Of a DNA stretch of 64,000 nucleotides, positions 10,368 through 22,345 are shown one piece after another. Positions within the stretch are counted from its first letter, which is position 1; every line of letters begins with the position of its first letter. The notes below the pieces were generated by a model, which was not told the DNA's origin, made no database searches, and saw nothing but the letters and a program-made list of their open reading frames with translations. The position numbers and the translations under genes were made by a program. The DNA comes from Azolla caroliniana (lineage: Eukaryota > Plantae > Polypodiophyta): assembly GCA_043228905.1 (NCBI GenBank), contig JBHGNT010000012.1:14384001-14448000 (forward strand), read 5' to 3'.

Positions 10368-12187
10368 ACAGATGATATATTATAGGAATAGTGAGTACAA
10401 GTAGCTATGAGGTTTAAGACTGGCGTTGAACTAATTTGGTTCGAAATAATGGCATGTGACTCCTTTTATAGTGTTCTCAAAAGTAGTCCTAAAGCTTCTA
10501 GAATGTTTCCAGAGAAATCTAGAATATACATTAATTTCCTATAATAAAACTTAAATGAAAATAATATCCTATGTATTTCAATAGATAGTATAATAGTCAA
10601 GAGCTTGACCCATATAACATAAGGTAATGGGCAGCGACACCGAGCAAATCGACTATGTCTTTATTGCGGTGGACCAGGGCATATTGTAGTAAATTGTCCC
10701 CATAGGCCAAGAATACAGGCAAACCAAATAGTTGCTAGTTCTAATTGTACTAAACCCGAGTCTATTTCAGTAGGAATATCTGATAGTCCTAATAGTACTA
10801 ATAGCCCAACAGAATGGGAACGTTATCTCCCAAATTTTGGAGTTTGCATATAACAACTTCAAGCATATATCGACGGGATATAGTCCTTTTATGTTAATGT
10901 ATGGTTTTCAGCCACGAGCCCTAATGGATGTTAATATACATTATGATGAGTTGCGAAGTACACAAAACTTTCTTCAGGATATGGGAGATATGTTGCATAT
11001 TGCACGATATAATACAAAAACGGCTCAAGATAGAGCGCGTTTTTATGCCAATCATCATAGGCAACCTGTCAAGATTAGTACTAAAACAGAGGATAGTACT
11101 ATTAGTACTAAGAGGAGGGGACTACGTAAGACTCACGAGAGAGCAAAAGAGAGAAAAGGGGGGGGGGGGGGGAGAGAGAGAGAGAGAGAGAGAGAGAAGG
11201 ATGATAACAGATGATATATTATAGGAATAGTGAGGACAAATAGCTATGAGGCTTAAGACTGGTGTTGAACCAATTTGGTTCAAAATAATGCCTTGTGCCT
11301 CCTTTTATAGTGTTCTCAAGAGTAGTCTTGAAGCTTCTAGAATGTTCTAGAGAAATCTAGAATATACATTAATCTCCTATAAGAAAACTTAAATGAAAAT
11401 AATATCCTACGTATTACAATAGATAGTATAATGGTCAAGAGCTCTACCCATTGCTTCCGGAAATATCATAGAAGAGTGAGAGCCCGTTAATATTGTCCTA
11501 GATAATCTAGCATTTTCATGGGTGAGAGCCCGGTGTCGTCCCATTGCTTCCGGAAATATCATAGAAGAGTGAGAGCCCGTTAATATTGTCCTAGATAATC
11601 TAGCATGTGTAGTATCATCTAATATAATTAGTATCCAAGAACATCCCATTGTTTTAGGATTACCATGGTTCAAATTACATAACCCAGACATAGATTGGAG
11701 AACAAGAGAAATCCGGTATCGAAAAGCCCAAGGATCTACTCATAAGATTGCAACCATTTTGCTACATCAGTTGCGAGAAGAAGGACGCAAGAAAGAAATG
11801 TTTCTCTTCGCAATATCAGTAAAACCCTCTGACACCATTAAAGAGGAGTCCACCGTTCAACTTCCAAAGAAGTATCATCATTATGCTGATGTGTTCGATA
11901 AAGTACAAGCCAATATGCTTCCTCACCATCGATCGTATGATTGCCCCATCGATTTACAACCAGGGAAAGAGCCAGGCATTGAATCAATTTGGTTCGAAAT
12001 AATGCCTTGTGTCTCCTTTTATAGTGTTCTCAAGAGTAGTCCTGAAGCTTCTAGAATGTTCTAGAGAAATCTAGAATATACATTAATTTCCTATTACAAA
12101 ACTTAAATGAAAATAATATTTTACGTATTACAATAGATAGTATAATGGTCAAGAGCTCGACCCATATAACATAAGGTCATGGGTTCG
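10361..12187. mobile_element. Mosaic of Gypsy fragments: Tcn1-family LTR (-) 10361-10631, gag (+) 10631-10808, C/D-family integrase (+) 10806-11067, LTR (-) 11067-11451, protease/RT start (+) 11447-11974, LTR (-) 11975-12187
   Basis: Direct similarity to 1496-1931 (reverse complement), 2924-3110, 30961-31221 and 3430-3865 in this window. Confidence 0.85.
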
Positions 12188-12500
12188 TGCCTATTGATCA
12201 TATCCAACCTTATCTCATCACCAATATGAGTAGTAATGCTCGTAGAGCCCTTACACTACTTCACACTCGATCTCACAAGTTAGGTATTGAAGTTGCATCA
12301 TGGTATCAAAATGTAACTAATTTGAAGACATGCAAAATATACAATGAAGGCATGGTAGAGGATGAATGTTACTTGCTCTTCACATGCTCAACATATAGTG
12401 CATTTCGTTCAAAATATGCTAACATACTAAGAGGGAGTGATAGCTTCAAGATATGCTAACATACTAAGAGGGAGTGATAGCTTAAGTGCCATACTTAAGA
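12188..12500 (+). pseudogene. C-terminal fragment of a non-LTR retrotransposon ORF (RTE-like, CCHC remnant)
   Basis: TRSHKLGIEVASW...KTCKIY..GMVEDECYLLFTCSTYSAFRSKY; 33-bp direct duplication 12414-12446 / 12451-12483. Confidence 0.65.
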
Positions 12501-13679
12501 CACCAATGAATGTATACTCTAGTCCCATAGGTCAAAATTGGCCTCTTTATGGATGATAAAAAATTCTAATTCTAATTCTAGCACTAATATGACTATCATA
12601 TTGTAATCAATCGGTAATTTGACCTTGAAATGTATAAACTCGCTTTGCATATTGATGAACAATATATGGTCGTCATGTCATAATCTAAGGCACAACAAAA
12701 GGAGAATGCATTCATCTTGGTGTCCAAATGGGCAAAGTGAAGCTGTTTATGGGAACCATAAGGATGGTCAAAGAGTTATGATTGGTTGGCTCACATGCAT
12801 TGAACCTCATAAACTCCCTTTCACATGTCAACGAAAGACCATGAAGATAAAGTGAAAACAACAATGGGCAACCAATCCATGGCACACTTGTAAGCAAATA
12901 ATACGATAACGAATCATGATAGATGAACAAATTCTTCATAGTCATACTAGTGGGCCAACAAGAAAATCAAGTATCACGGCCAATTTGCATTTGAAAATAT
13001 TGGTAAAGCAAGAATGCAACACCACGACCCAATTGGATTCAAAATTATTGTAAGCAATGGGTGTATTTGTTGTGTTGTGGACAAATTAGTCATTAAGTTC
13101 CAATGACCAAAAAGTGAAGCCGACCACATAACAAGACTGAGGCATCTCCAAAACAAACCTTATATTTTATCAAATTCTAATGAAACATTTCATTGATGGT
13201 TTGGATTTGGTTGTGTTTGAAATTCTTGTTCCTTCCAATCAATCATATGCTTGTGTAGTATTAGGTTTTTAAATGATTGATTGTTGATACATCATTGTAC
13301 ACTACAATTCCCCACCAACTTACATTTCCATGCGTGGTAGTGGGTTTTGTACATAGATCATTTAGTGAGGAATCTAGGAAAGGTAAAAGATGAGCGTTAA
13401 TTTCTTGTGGTTATTGTGTGGTACAACTAAAGAGTGTGAGGAAAAATAAGTGAGATATTTTATTATTATTATTGTCAAAGGCCAATATGACTTATAAGAA
13501 AAAATATAATACATGTAAAGTGACTAGCAACTCTCAATATGAATGTCATAATTGCATGTTACTATTAGGTTGGGTCAAAGATACATGGAGATGGTAGTCA
13601 AATGTTATCATAGGCAAAGAATTGTATCATGTGTGATACTCAAACTCTCAAACTTGTTTAGGACAGAATGTGTATGATC

Positions 13680-13815
13680 TGTTATATAAGATTGTCCCTC
13701 CTTGTGGGGGAGTTGGCTGAAAAGCCGAAATGAGAGTCGGCTGGCCGAAATCGGCCAAAAAGTCGAAATGGGATCCGATCGAATGGAAGTCAACAGAATA
13801 GAAGTTCGGACGAAT

Positions 13816-13892
<77 letters not shown>
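13680..13892 (+). repeat. Copia B 5' LTR, left part (ends in (GA)n where C inserted)
   Basis: TGTTATATAAGATTGTCCCTCC matches the start of 53613. Confidence 0.88.
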
Positions 13893-13894
<2 letters not shown>

Positions 13895-14347
13895 TTACGG
13901 GCATGACCATATAATATCCCGTGGTAAGAATTTACCGTAGTATTCTATACACGTGGATAAGTGTGAGGGTTAAATGAGAGTGTAAAGAAGGGGAGGATTA
14001 CTTTTAATCCTTGGGATTGAGACAACCCATTAGGTCAAGTGTGAACTTGCCTGGGGGCCTTGGGTTTCGCTATAAATAAGAGGCCTAGCTACCCTCATTT
14101 GATCATCTTTTGACTACATCGAGACTCTGCTCGTGTGGTGGGTCAACTCTTGTAGCGAGCGCGCCAGCACCAGGTACGACTCGACGCCACGGCGGTGGTA
14201 TGGGACGCCGATCGAGGCTCGAGTCCGTCTCGATCCCTTCGCTCGGGGGTGGTCGGGTGGATCGGCACCCTTCTTTCTCTTTCTCCTTTCTATCTATCTT
14301 TTCATTATCCTTATCTTAAGCTTACGTTAATATCTAGATCTATAATA
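13893..14347 (+). repeat. 5' LTR of chromovirus C
   Basis: TGTTACGGG...CTATAATA, followed by PBS. Confidence 0.95.
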
Positions 14348-14594
14348 TTTGGTATCAGATTTTTGTACTAATGTTTCTTTGTTTTTCATTTGTCTTTTGA
14401 TTGATGCTGATCGATCGTTGTGCGGTTGGCCTTGATCCAGACAACGATCAACAAAGAACTTCGGTAACTCTTTCCATAATTTTTCTTTCTATTCTCTCTT
14501 CTCCCATCTAATCATGTGTTTAGTTTATATGTAATTTTTTTCATTAAGTCAATGATGTTGTAGTGGTCTTTAATTGATTATCTAAAACGTTTAC

Positions 14595-14865
14595 ATATGT
14601 GCACGAGGTCAATACCTCGTTTGACATATTGATAATATGTGATGAGTGTCGTATGCGTACGAGGTTAATACCTCAATTACGTATTACGTTCACGAACATA
14701 TGTTACGTTTGCGTATGAGTTTAATACCTTGATTTGTTGTAAACGATATGCGTTTGGTCTCGTATGCGTAAGAGGTCAATACCTCCATTGCGTATTACGA
14801 TGATCTCTTATTTGTTGATGTTTCGTGTGCGTAGAGGTATATACCTTGATTACGTATCTCGATCA
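14595..14865 (+). repeat. Array of five ~56-bp-spaced hairpins with core GAGGT-NAAT-ACCTC in the 5' leader (also in D at ~45810-46080, minus strand)
   Basis: Cores start at 14605, 14661, 14717, 14772, 14834; intervening sequence is divergent. Confidence 0.85.
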
Positions 14866-16035
14866 CATCATTTGTGGCTATTTAATATAACGATATGTTT
14901 AATATAGGCATATGTGGTCACATATATACGTATTTGATCGTATATATGTGATAAGTAAACATATGTGTATATTCGTTATTACGTGATTATATCGAAAGTT
15001 GTCCTTGTCAGGAAAAGGATGTTGGTGGCCGTCCTCACATTTTTGTGAGAATGGTGTTGTCACCATCCCTTTTTCAACATTTTTTTATTGTTGATAACCC
15101 CCTTGACGACCTCGATTTCGTTACGTAAAGAAACGCGAATAGCCAAAATGATGTTGAGTACGTAGGGCTTGACCCACTTCAAGTGAGGTCGCTCCAATGA
15201 CGCACGTATCCAACATCCCTCCCTCGTTACATGGATACGATGCCACCATGAGCTCGTTCTTACGAGAGGCATTCGTAATGACGTGACCATGTGATGGCCC
15301 ACGTGAGCCTACTACGAAACGAGGGCTCATTTGGCTTGACCATTAGGTTGCACTTTGGCGTATGCCATCGTAATTACGAGACTTGAGGTTAGGTAACGTA
15401 CCAACATAGTTTTGGTAAATGAGGGCGAAATAAGGACCCTTGCCATATATGTTCTTTTAAAAAAACATATATGATCAATTGCCTCGCATATCTCTTATAC
15501 GCATCAAACATTAAGCATTCGAGAAGAGCAACTTACTTGGTTGGCTCAAGTGTTTAATGTATTTGTTCTCGAGGTCTCGAGTTCAAATATGACAAAGACC
15601 ATACAACATCCTTGATACATATGACTATAACACATGTTTAGACTTAAGGTCTAAGTGCACCTCGGGGTCCTCGTAATAGGACTTAAAGAGCCGAAACCAC
15701 TTATGTGGGCACCGAAACATAGTTTATTGTTAACATTTTTTTCGTGTATAAACTATTCATGACGCGAACATACATGGTTGAGCCTCGGGGAGCCACAATG
15801 AAAAAATCGATATAGAGATCAGGGAAAGACATTTATTTGTCACCCCCATGGTTTTTAAAACACCTTTGTGTTACCATAGTAACCTGATCTTGAACCTCAT
15901 CTCATACGTCTAGAGGGGTATTGACGTGAGATAATGATATCGATTAATGCTCGCCCATGATATGTTTACATCACGACATGATGTTATGACTATATCTCTG
16001 ACCTTATCCTATTTCTTTTCCAGAAATAATCTTTA

Positions 16036-17094
16036 ATGGCTCAAATTAACGACCCGATGTCATCCGCTCAAGCGGAAGGAACTCAAGGGAATCCTCCTGG
16101 ACAAATGTCCACTGAGATATATTTGGCACAAATAACCCAATACCTTAGTTTCACCGCTCAACAGATGACCGAACTTCGGCAATCTCAGAGTGCTCTTGAG
16201 GCACGTGTCATTAGTCTACAACGTGAGACTAATAGACCTGATGAGCGACAAGGTGAACCATCATTTGTCGTTAAGCCATTTACGGGAGACAAAAAGGAAA
16301 GAACCGAAGAAGTAATCTGCACATGGCTGGGACGATGGGAGTCTCATTTTGAGCTCTATCCCACGCCAGATAGTACGAAGATTGCATATGTCGGCCGAGA
16401 ACTTGGGGGTAAGGCCGCCGCCTGGTGGCGTGGCCTCCGTACTATGGGGAAATTGCCCGATACCTGGACAGATTTTGTCACGGTTTTTAAGGGCCAATTT
16501 CTGCAACCTCCCTCTCGAAACGAGGCAGCACAAGCTTTAATGAACCTCTCTAGCAGGAAATTTTCCTCGCTAGAAGACTATGTTCACCATGCTAGGACCC
16601 AAATCCAAAAATCGGGTCTAGAAGGGGACAATTGGTTGATAGCTTGTTTTGTCAATGGCATCCCCAATTCGGACTATCACTGGATAGTACACGATAAGGA
16701 TCCAAAATTCTTTGAAGAGGCCGTCGAAATAGTTCTTCGCTACCAACGCACTTCGAAGAAGGACCATAACAAACCCAACGAAGCGCCCGGGACTAAGCAG
16801 TCGCAATTTGTTGGGAAACGCAAGACACCCAACGAATTCCTGGATCGCGATTGTAAGCAACAACATCCTTTTTGTGTATTCTGCAAAAAGAAGGGTCATA
16901 CAAAAGATCAATGTCGAAAGCTCCAACGGAAAGAGCACGACAACAAAGCTAAAGCTACAGACCATAAAGGTCAGATTCCTAATGTCCTTCAGGTCTATAC
17001 ACATCATTTAAGTAATTGTCAATGTTCTTTCCCTCACTATGTATTGGGTCCCAATGATTTACTACGTGCAAACGGGTATATCAATGGATCTCCC
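16036..17094 (+). pseudogene. gag: gag and start of protease of chromovirus C, cut by Copia E
   Basis: Near-identical to the N-terminus of the 1459-aa D polyprotein up to GYINGSP; [14 protein letters not shown] knuckle. Confidence 0.92.
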
Positions 17095-20000
17095 TGTTGG
17101 GGACGAGGTCGTCTATGCGGAAGATCAAGCAGCATTCGATTCTGTTCTTTACCTGCGTATAACAGTTTCTAGGTCGTTGCACAGAGAGAGAGAGAGACAC
17201 ACACAAAAGACTCTTTATTCCACAAAGCAATAATACAACACCCAACCTTACAAAAAGGTTACAAGGTCACTATATATAGTGACCGACTTAGGGCAACCAC
17301 CCTTTATGCTAATTACACAAATGGCCTAAAGAGAGGGATAGTGTGAATACGTCCATTATACACTTGTATTCGACACTCCCCCGTAATGGGCGTACACATG
17401 GGTTATCTAAGATTACAGGTATAAACTTAGGTTCTCGGACATATCAGTTTGTTCGAGTCGGCAGGGTCCGAAGGCAGAAGACCGAACTGGTCGGGTCGGA
17501 AGTGTCGAAGCCGATCATTAAGGAACTGATGTCGGTTGTCGGGAACCATCCTGCTCTGTGTCCGGCTCTAACCGGACTGGTTTGTCGTTACGCCCATCTG
17601 ATGCCGAAGAGTCCGAAAGCGGTCTGCCGAAAGACACTTGGTCATTCCATCTGCGACATTGTCGGTTGTGGATATTTTCTCTAGACCGATTTTCCCTGAA
17701 ATGACGCAGTCCCGAACGAAGTGATATCGAACGTCGATATGTTTGGAGGCGTTGTGGTGAACCGGATTTTTCGACAAGGCAACAGCACCTTGACTGTCGC
17801 TGTAGACAACTGGAGCCGAGTCATGGTCGACTTGTCGAAACGTGTGCGCCAGCCGACCGAGCCACAAGGCTTCTTTTGTTGCGTCGGACACAGCTACATA
17901 TTCTGCTTCGGTCGTTGAGGTTGCTGTGCACTCCTGAAGTTTCGACTTCCACGAGATTGCTCCATTGCCGAATTTTAAGCAGTATCCGGTTGTTGATTTC
18001 CGACTGTCTATACAGCCGGCAAAATCCGAGTCGGTGTAACCGACTACGCCTGAGGTTCGGTTCGGACCGAAAAGAATGCCATGGTCTTTTGTGCCAGCCA
18101 GATATCTGAACACATGCTTGACTGCGTTCCAATGCGATCGGCCAGGATTGTGCATAAATCTGCTAACGACTCCTACGGCATGAGAAATATCAGGCCGTGT
18201 CGCGACCATCAGGTACATAAGGGAGCCGACTGCCGGTGCATACGGTACCGACTTCATATCTTCCCCCTCCGGGCCGGATGTCGGGCAGTCTCGCTGAGAG
18301 AGCCGAAGATTCATTGGGAGCGGGGTTGAAGCAGATTTGGCTGATTGCATGTTGAAGCGTTCCAAGACACGTCGGATATAGTCGGTCTGAGACAAGAAAA
18401 GATGTCGTTTATCGCGATGCCGACTAATCTTCATGCCGAGTATGTGTCGTGCCGGACCGAGGTCCTTCATGGCAAACTTCAACCGCAGTTGCCGAATGAG
18501 ATCGGCAAGTTCGCCCGCGTGGCGTCCAGAAATTAGCATGTCGTCCACGTAAATGATGAGGAAGATGGGTGATCCATCTTGAGCTGTGTTGGTGAAGAGA
18601 CAATGGTCCTCATCGCTTTTTGAGAAGCCGATCGATTGGATGAAGTCGTCGAACTTCTTGTACCATTGTCGTGGTGCCTGTTTGAGGCCGTATAGACTCT
18701 TCCTGAGTCGGCAGACTAGATGTTCTTGGCCAGTTGCCACGAAGCCTTTTGGCTGCTCCATATAAATTTCCTCCTCGAGATCACCATGGAGGAAGGCTGT
18801 TTTGACATCTAGCTGAATCAGCTCCAAGTTGTCGGCTGCCACTACGCCGAGTAGAAAACGAAGGGTTGTCATTTTCACCACTGGTGAAAAAATCTCGTCG
18901 AAGTCGACGCCATATTCTTGTCGGAAGCCCTTCGCAACTAATCTGGCCTTGTACTTTGGGGTGGTCGAATCAGACGTCTCTTTTAGTCGATAAACCCACT
19001 TGCAAGGAAGAGCACGTCGGTTCCTAGGTAATTCGACCAGATCCCAAGTCTTGTTTGCCCGAATGGAGTGCATTTCCGACTCCATCGCCAGATGCCAGGT
19101 GGCTGAATCGACAGATGTCGATGCTTCTTCGTAAGACATCGGTTCGCCGGCGTCGGTGAAGAAAATTCCAGGAGAGTACCTCTCCGGAGGTTGCGACAGT
19201 CTCTCGGATCGTCGAGGTATGATTGGACTGGTCGCATCGGGTATCGTGGTCGGATGGTCCGAAAGCGGATTGTTCTGTTGTGCCGAGTCGGGGTTGTCCG
19301 AGTCGGTAGTGTAAGGTTCAGCTACCCGTGAAGCTGACCGTGTGTTGAGAGTGGGGCCTTCTTGAAGGGTCGGCACATCGGAAAATGTTACCCTTCGGAC
19401 TTCGATCGGTTTGTCGACTGATGGATTCATAGCCGACTCGTTGAACACAACGTCCGAACTTCGGACGATTTGTCTGCGTTCGGGATCCCAGAGTCGGTAT
19501 CCCATTTCGCCGTCGGATCCATATCCAAGGAAAATGCATTTCCTGGACCGAGGTGCAAGTTTTCGGCGATCATCTTTCGGAATAAGTGCGTACGCCTCGC
19601 AGCCGAAGATCCTCAGCTTGTCGTAATTCGGCTTACTGCCGATCCATAGTTCCTGAGGAAGTTGAAGTCCTAGAGGTCTACTTGGCGACATATTGATTAT
19701 GTGTACTGCCGTGAGTAGAGCCTCTGCCCAGAAGCCATCCGACAGTCCGGAGTGTAGGAGCATGGAAACTATCCGTTCTTGGATTGTCCGATTCATGCGT
19801 TCGGCAATCCCGTTTTGCTCCGGGCTGTGTGGTGCCGTAAATTCACGTCGGATGCCGCGTTGTCGGCAGAATTTGACGAATTCTTCTGATTTGAACTCTC
19901 CCCCATTGTCGGTCCGAAAGCATTTCAGTTTTCGGTCGGTTTGATTTTCTACCATAGCGAGCCAATCGGAGAAGATCGAGAAGACCCGATCTTTGGTGCG

Positions 20001-22345
20001 AATCGGATAAGCCCACACCTTTCGAGTCGAATCGTCAATAAAAGTGACGAAGTAAGAGGCACCGCCGAGAGACTGATGCGGCATTGGGCCACAGACGTCC
20101 GAATGGACTAAATCGAGAGGTCTCGTTTCTCTTGGTGCTGATGTCGGGTGTGATGCGGCTGCTTGTTTGCCATACTGGCAATGCTCGCAGAATTGGTGAT
20201 CGGAGAAGGAGAGTTTAGGGATGTATCCGGCTCTAGATAGATGCGTAATGCCGGCCTTGCTGAGGTGTCCTAATCTTCTGTGCCATAGTGATGACACAGG
20301 AATATCCACCAAAAACAGGTTACCCTCTCTGAGCGTAACATGTAACGGATACAGTGAGTGTATCTTGGGTCCTCTAGCAAGCAGGAGGTTCCCCCTGTGG
20401 AGTGTCCACCCTCCCGAAGAAAAACCGGCACGAATGCCGTCTTCATCTAGTTGTCCGACTGAGATCAATGGCCTTGAGAGCTCGGGTACATGTCGGACAT
20501 TGTGAAGTACAAGTGTAGAGCCACCTGCAAGGTTGAGCTCTACTGTGCCGATTCCGATGATGTCACAGTGTTGTGAGTTGCCGACTCGAACTGAGTCGGA
20601 GTGACGGATCGTATATTCCCGAAATTGGGATCGATGAGGAGTCACGTGAAATGACGCGCCCGAATCTAAGAGCCATGTGCTCGACTCTTCAGTCGTGAGT
20701 AGGACTTCTGATCCGACTGGATTTTCGATTGATAGTATATTCGGGTCGTCTGGGAGCACATCAGCTGAGAAGCTGACGTAATTGATCTCCTCATGCCGGC
20801 CACTCTTCTTGTTGTTCTTGTTCTTGAGTGCGCGGCAGTCGGCTTTGATGTGTCCGGGTTTCTTGCAATAGTTGCAGATTCGGTTATCCCGTGACTGGCT
20901 CCGTCTTCGCTGATTGTTCGGCGGTCGTGAGGAATCTCTTCCTCGTATGTTCGATCGGTCTGTCGAACCTTGTACTACATAAGCGTCGTCTGTTGAGTCT
21001 TTGGCGAAAGACTTTCTCCGAGCTGCTTCGGTCAGGATTGCGCTCGTGACTTCGGAGTATTTAACAGCCGTGGTTGACGCGTTGCACACGGTTGTGACGA
21101 AAGTTTCCCATGATGAGGGAAGGCTACTCATGAGTATCATTGCTCTGAGTTCATCCTCGATTGCCGTCCCCTGTGACGAGATTTGGGAGCTTATGCTTTC
21201 GTACTCATTGAGGTGTGCTTGAACCGAGTCAGATTCTTTCATCCGCAAGTTGTAGAGGCGCCGGATCAGAAACATCTTTGTTGCGGCGACCTTCTTTTCG
21301 TAAGTGTCCGACAGTGTTTTCCACAGTTCGAATGCTGTCGTACACGATTGCACCGTAAAGTATACCGATTCCGATAGGTGCATCCGAATCGTGGCGCGGA
21401 CGATTCTGTCCAGCTTCTGCCACTCAATTGGTTTGTATCCTTCTGGAGGTTCTTCATTTTCGATGGGATCGATTTGCCCCTTGACTATGAGATAGTCCTG
21501 CATTTGTTCCTTCCAGAAGTTGAAGTTCGATCCATCGAACTTTCGTAGACTCATTTCTGACGAGCCGGATGTTGATGCCATCAAATTTGGTTTCGGTTGA
21601 CGGAGCTCGGTTCGGAGTTGACTACGAACCTTGTTGGAGTGCAGCCGGTTGGCTCACCCGATATCGTTCTAGTCGGATTTGAACCCGAGTCGGTTCGGCT
21701 TCGGATATATGTATTGTTGAACTTGCTCGAATTGACTCCGGTAACTTGAGGGACAGAACCGACTGGTCTTCCCGAATGTTGCCGAGTCGGAGTGAGCCCA
21801 GTTCGCTTCGGATATATGTACCGATTACCGATTATTGAAACCGATTATCTGGACCGATTCTGCTTCGGTTGACTGCAGCAACGAGAGAGACGGATCCAAC
21901 TGATCCTCCCGAATGTCGATCAGCCAGATGAAGCACGAATTTGGGGTTGTTGTCTTGAGACCGATCTGCACCGAGTGGTTACAATGAGCGGCGTTTGATT
22001 ACCTCTTCGGATGCCGTTTAACCGGGTGGAGCACGATCGTGTCAATGTTGCACAAGGGGATTTGACCTCGAGCGGTTACGATCACAAGGAACAGAGTACA
22101 ACCTGCTGGCTTACTCCAAGCGAAAATGATCTAACGCGATGAGATGCAAGCCTCGTTTTTCTTCTTCTTCTCTCTTCTTCGAATGATGCAGGAAACCGAA
22201 TGCTGTGCAGGCTGAGACGACGGCCGACAGCAGATTGAAGGACCGACTACTGTGCAGGCTCTGATACCAGATGTTGGGGATGAGGTCGTCTATGCGGAAG
22301 ATCAAGCAGCATTCGATTCTGTTCTTTACCTGCGTATAACAGTTT
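17095..22345 (-). mobile_element. Copia E (Tnt1/Tork-like), coding-intact; complete 3' LTR 17095-17375, 5' LTR truncated (22272-22345)
   Basis: LTR TGTCGAATA...CCCCAACA on minus strand, adjacent PPT, PBS at 22257-22269; inverted near-copy of F. Confidence 0.95.
17568..21581 (-). CDS. Copia gag-pol polyprotein, intact (Gag-PR-IN-RT-RNaseH)
   Basis: CNYCKKPGHIKADC, WLLDSGAS, HSDVCGP, FIDD, QLDVKTAFLHG, YVDD, GYTDSDFAG, SKHIDVRYHF; ATG 21581 (ORF track starts at the upstream TTG). Confidence 0.96.
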   Translation of the reverse strand: MASTSGSSEMSLRKFDGSNFNFWKEQMQDYLIVKGQIDPIENEEPPEGYKPIEWQKLDRIVRATIRMHLSESVYFTVQSCTTAFELWKTLSDTYEKKVAATKMFLIRRLYNLRMKESDSVQAHLNEYESISSQISSQGTAIEDELRAMILMSSLPSSWETFVTTVCNASTTAVKYSEVTSAILTEAARRKSFAKDSTDDAYVVQGSTDRSNIRGRDSSRPPNNQRRRSQSRDNRICNYCKKPGHIKADCRALKNKNNKKSGRHEEINYVSFSADVLPDDPNILSIENPVGSEVLLTTEESSTWLLDSGASFHVTPHRSQFREYTIRHSDSVRVGNSQHCDIIGIGTVELNLAGGSTLVLHNVRHVPELSRPLISVGQLDEDGIRAGFSSGGWTLHRGNLLLARGPKIHSLYPLHVTLREGNLFLVDIPVSSLWHRRLGHLSKAGITHLSRAGYIPKLSFSDHQFCEHCQYGKQAAASHPTSAPRETRPLDLVHSDVCGPMPHQSLGGASYFVTFIDDSTRKVWAYPIRTKDRVFSIFSDWLAMVENQTDRKLKCFRTDNGGEFKSEEFVKFCRQRGIRREFTAPHSPEQNGIAERMNRTIQERIVSMLLHSGLSDGFWAEALLTAVHIINMSPSRPLGLQLPQELWIGSKPNYDKLRIFGCEAYALIPKDDRRKLAPRSRKCIFLGYGSDGEMGYRLWDPERRQIVRSSDVVFNESAMNPSVDKPIEVRRVTFSDVPTLQEGPTLNTRSASRVAEPYTTDSDNPDSAQQNNPLSDHPTTIPDATSPIIPRRSERLSQPPERYSPGIFFTDAGEPMSYEEASTSVDSATWHLAMESEMHSIRANKTWDLVELPRNRRALPCKWVYRLKETSDSTTPKYKARLVAKGFRQEYGVDFDEIFSPVVKMTTLRFLLGVVAADNLELIQLDVKTAFLHGDLEEEIYMEQPKGFVATGQEHLVCRLRKSLYGLKQAPRQWYKKFDDFIQSIGFSKSDEDHCLFTNTAQDGSPIFLIIYVDDMLISGRHAGELADLIRQLRLKFAMKDLGPARHILGMKISRHRDKRHLFLSQTDYIRRVLERFNMQSAKSASTPLPMNLRLSQRDCPTSGPEGEDMKSVPYAPAVGSLMYLMVATRPDISHAVGVVSRFMHNPGRSHWNAVKHVFRYLAGTKDHGILFGPNRTSGVVGYTDSDFAGCIDSRKSTTGYCLKFGNGAISWKSKLQECTATSTTEAEYVAVSDATKEALWLGRLAHTFRQVDHDSAPVVYSDSQGAVALSKNPVHHNASKHIDVRYHFVRDCVISGKIGLEKISTTDNVADGMTKCLSADRFRTLRHQMGVTTNQSG

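Noticed and set aside
12500-13679. Possible gene or transposase remnant
   Set aside because: AT-rich, short ORFs only, no motif recognised on either strand
14110-14330. Recurrent 65-86 aa ORFs (also near 31.9, 39.8 and 46.4 kb)
   Set aside because: They recur only because they lie in LTR copies; no coding evidence
14595-14865. CRISPR array call for the spaced palindromic repeats
   Set aside because: Repeats are degenerate, linkers take part in the stems, there are no cas genes, and the context is a eukaryotic retrotransposon
15542-15590. tRNA-like A/B boxes in the C leader
   Set aside because: Both boxes are mismatched and the spacing is short; too weak
17721-21495. Many short antisense and alternative-frame ORFs over Copia pol (mirrored in F)
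   Set aside because: Shadow ORFs of GC-rich coding sequence
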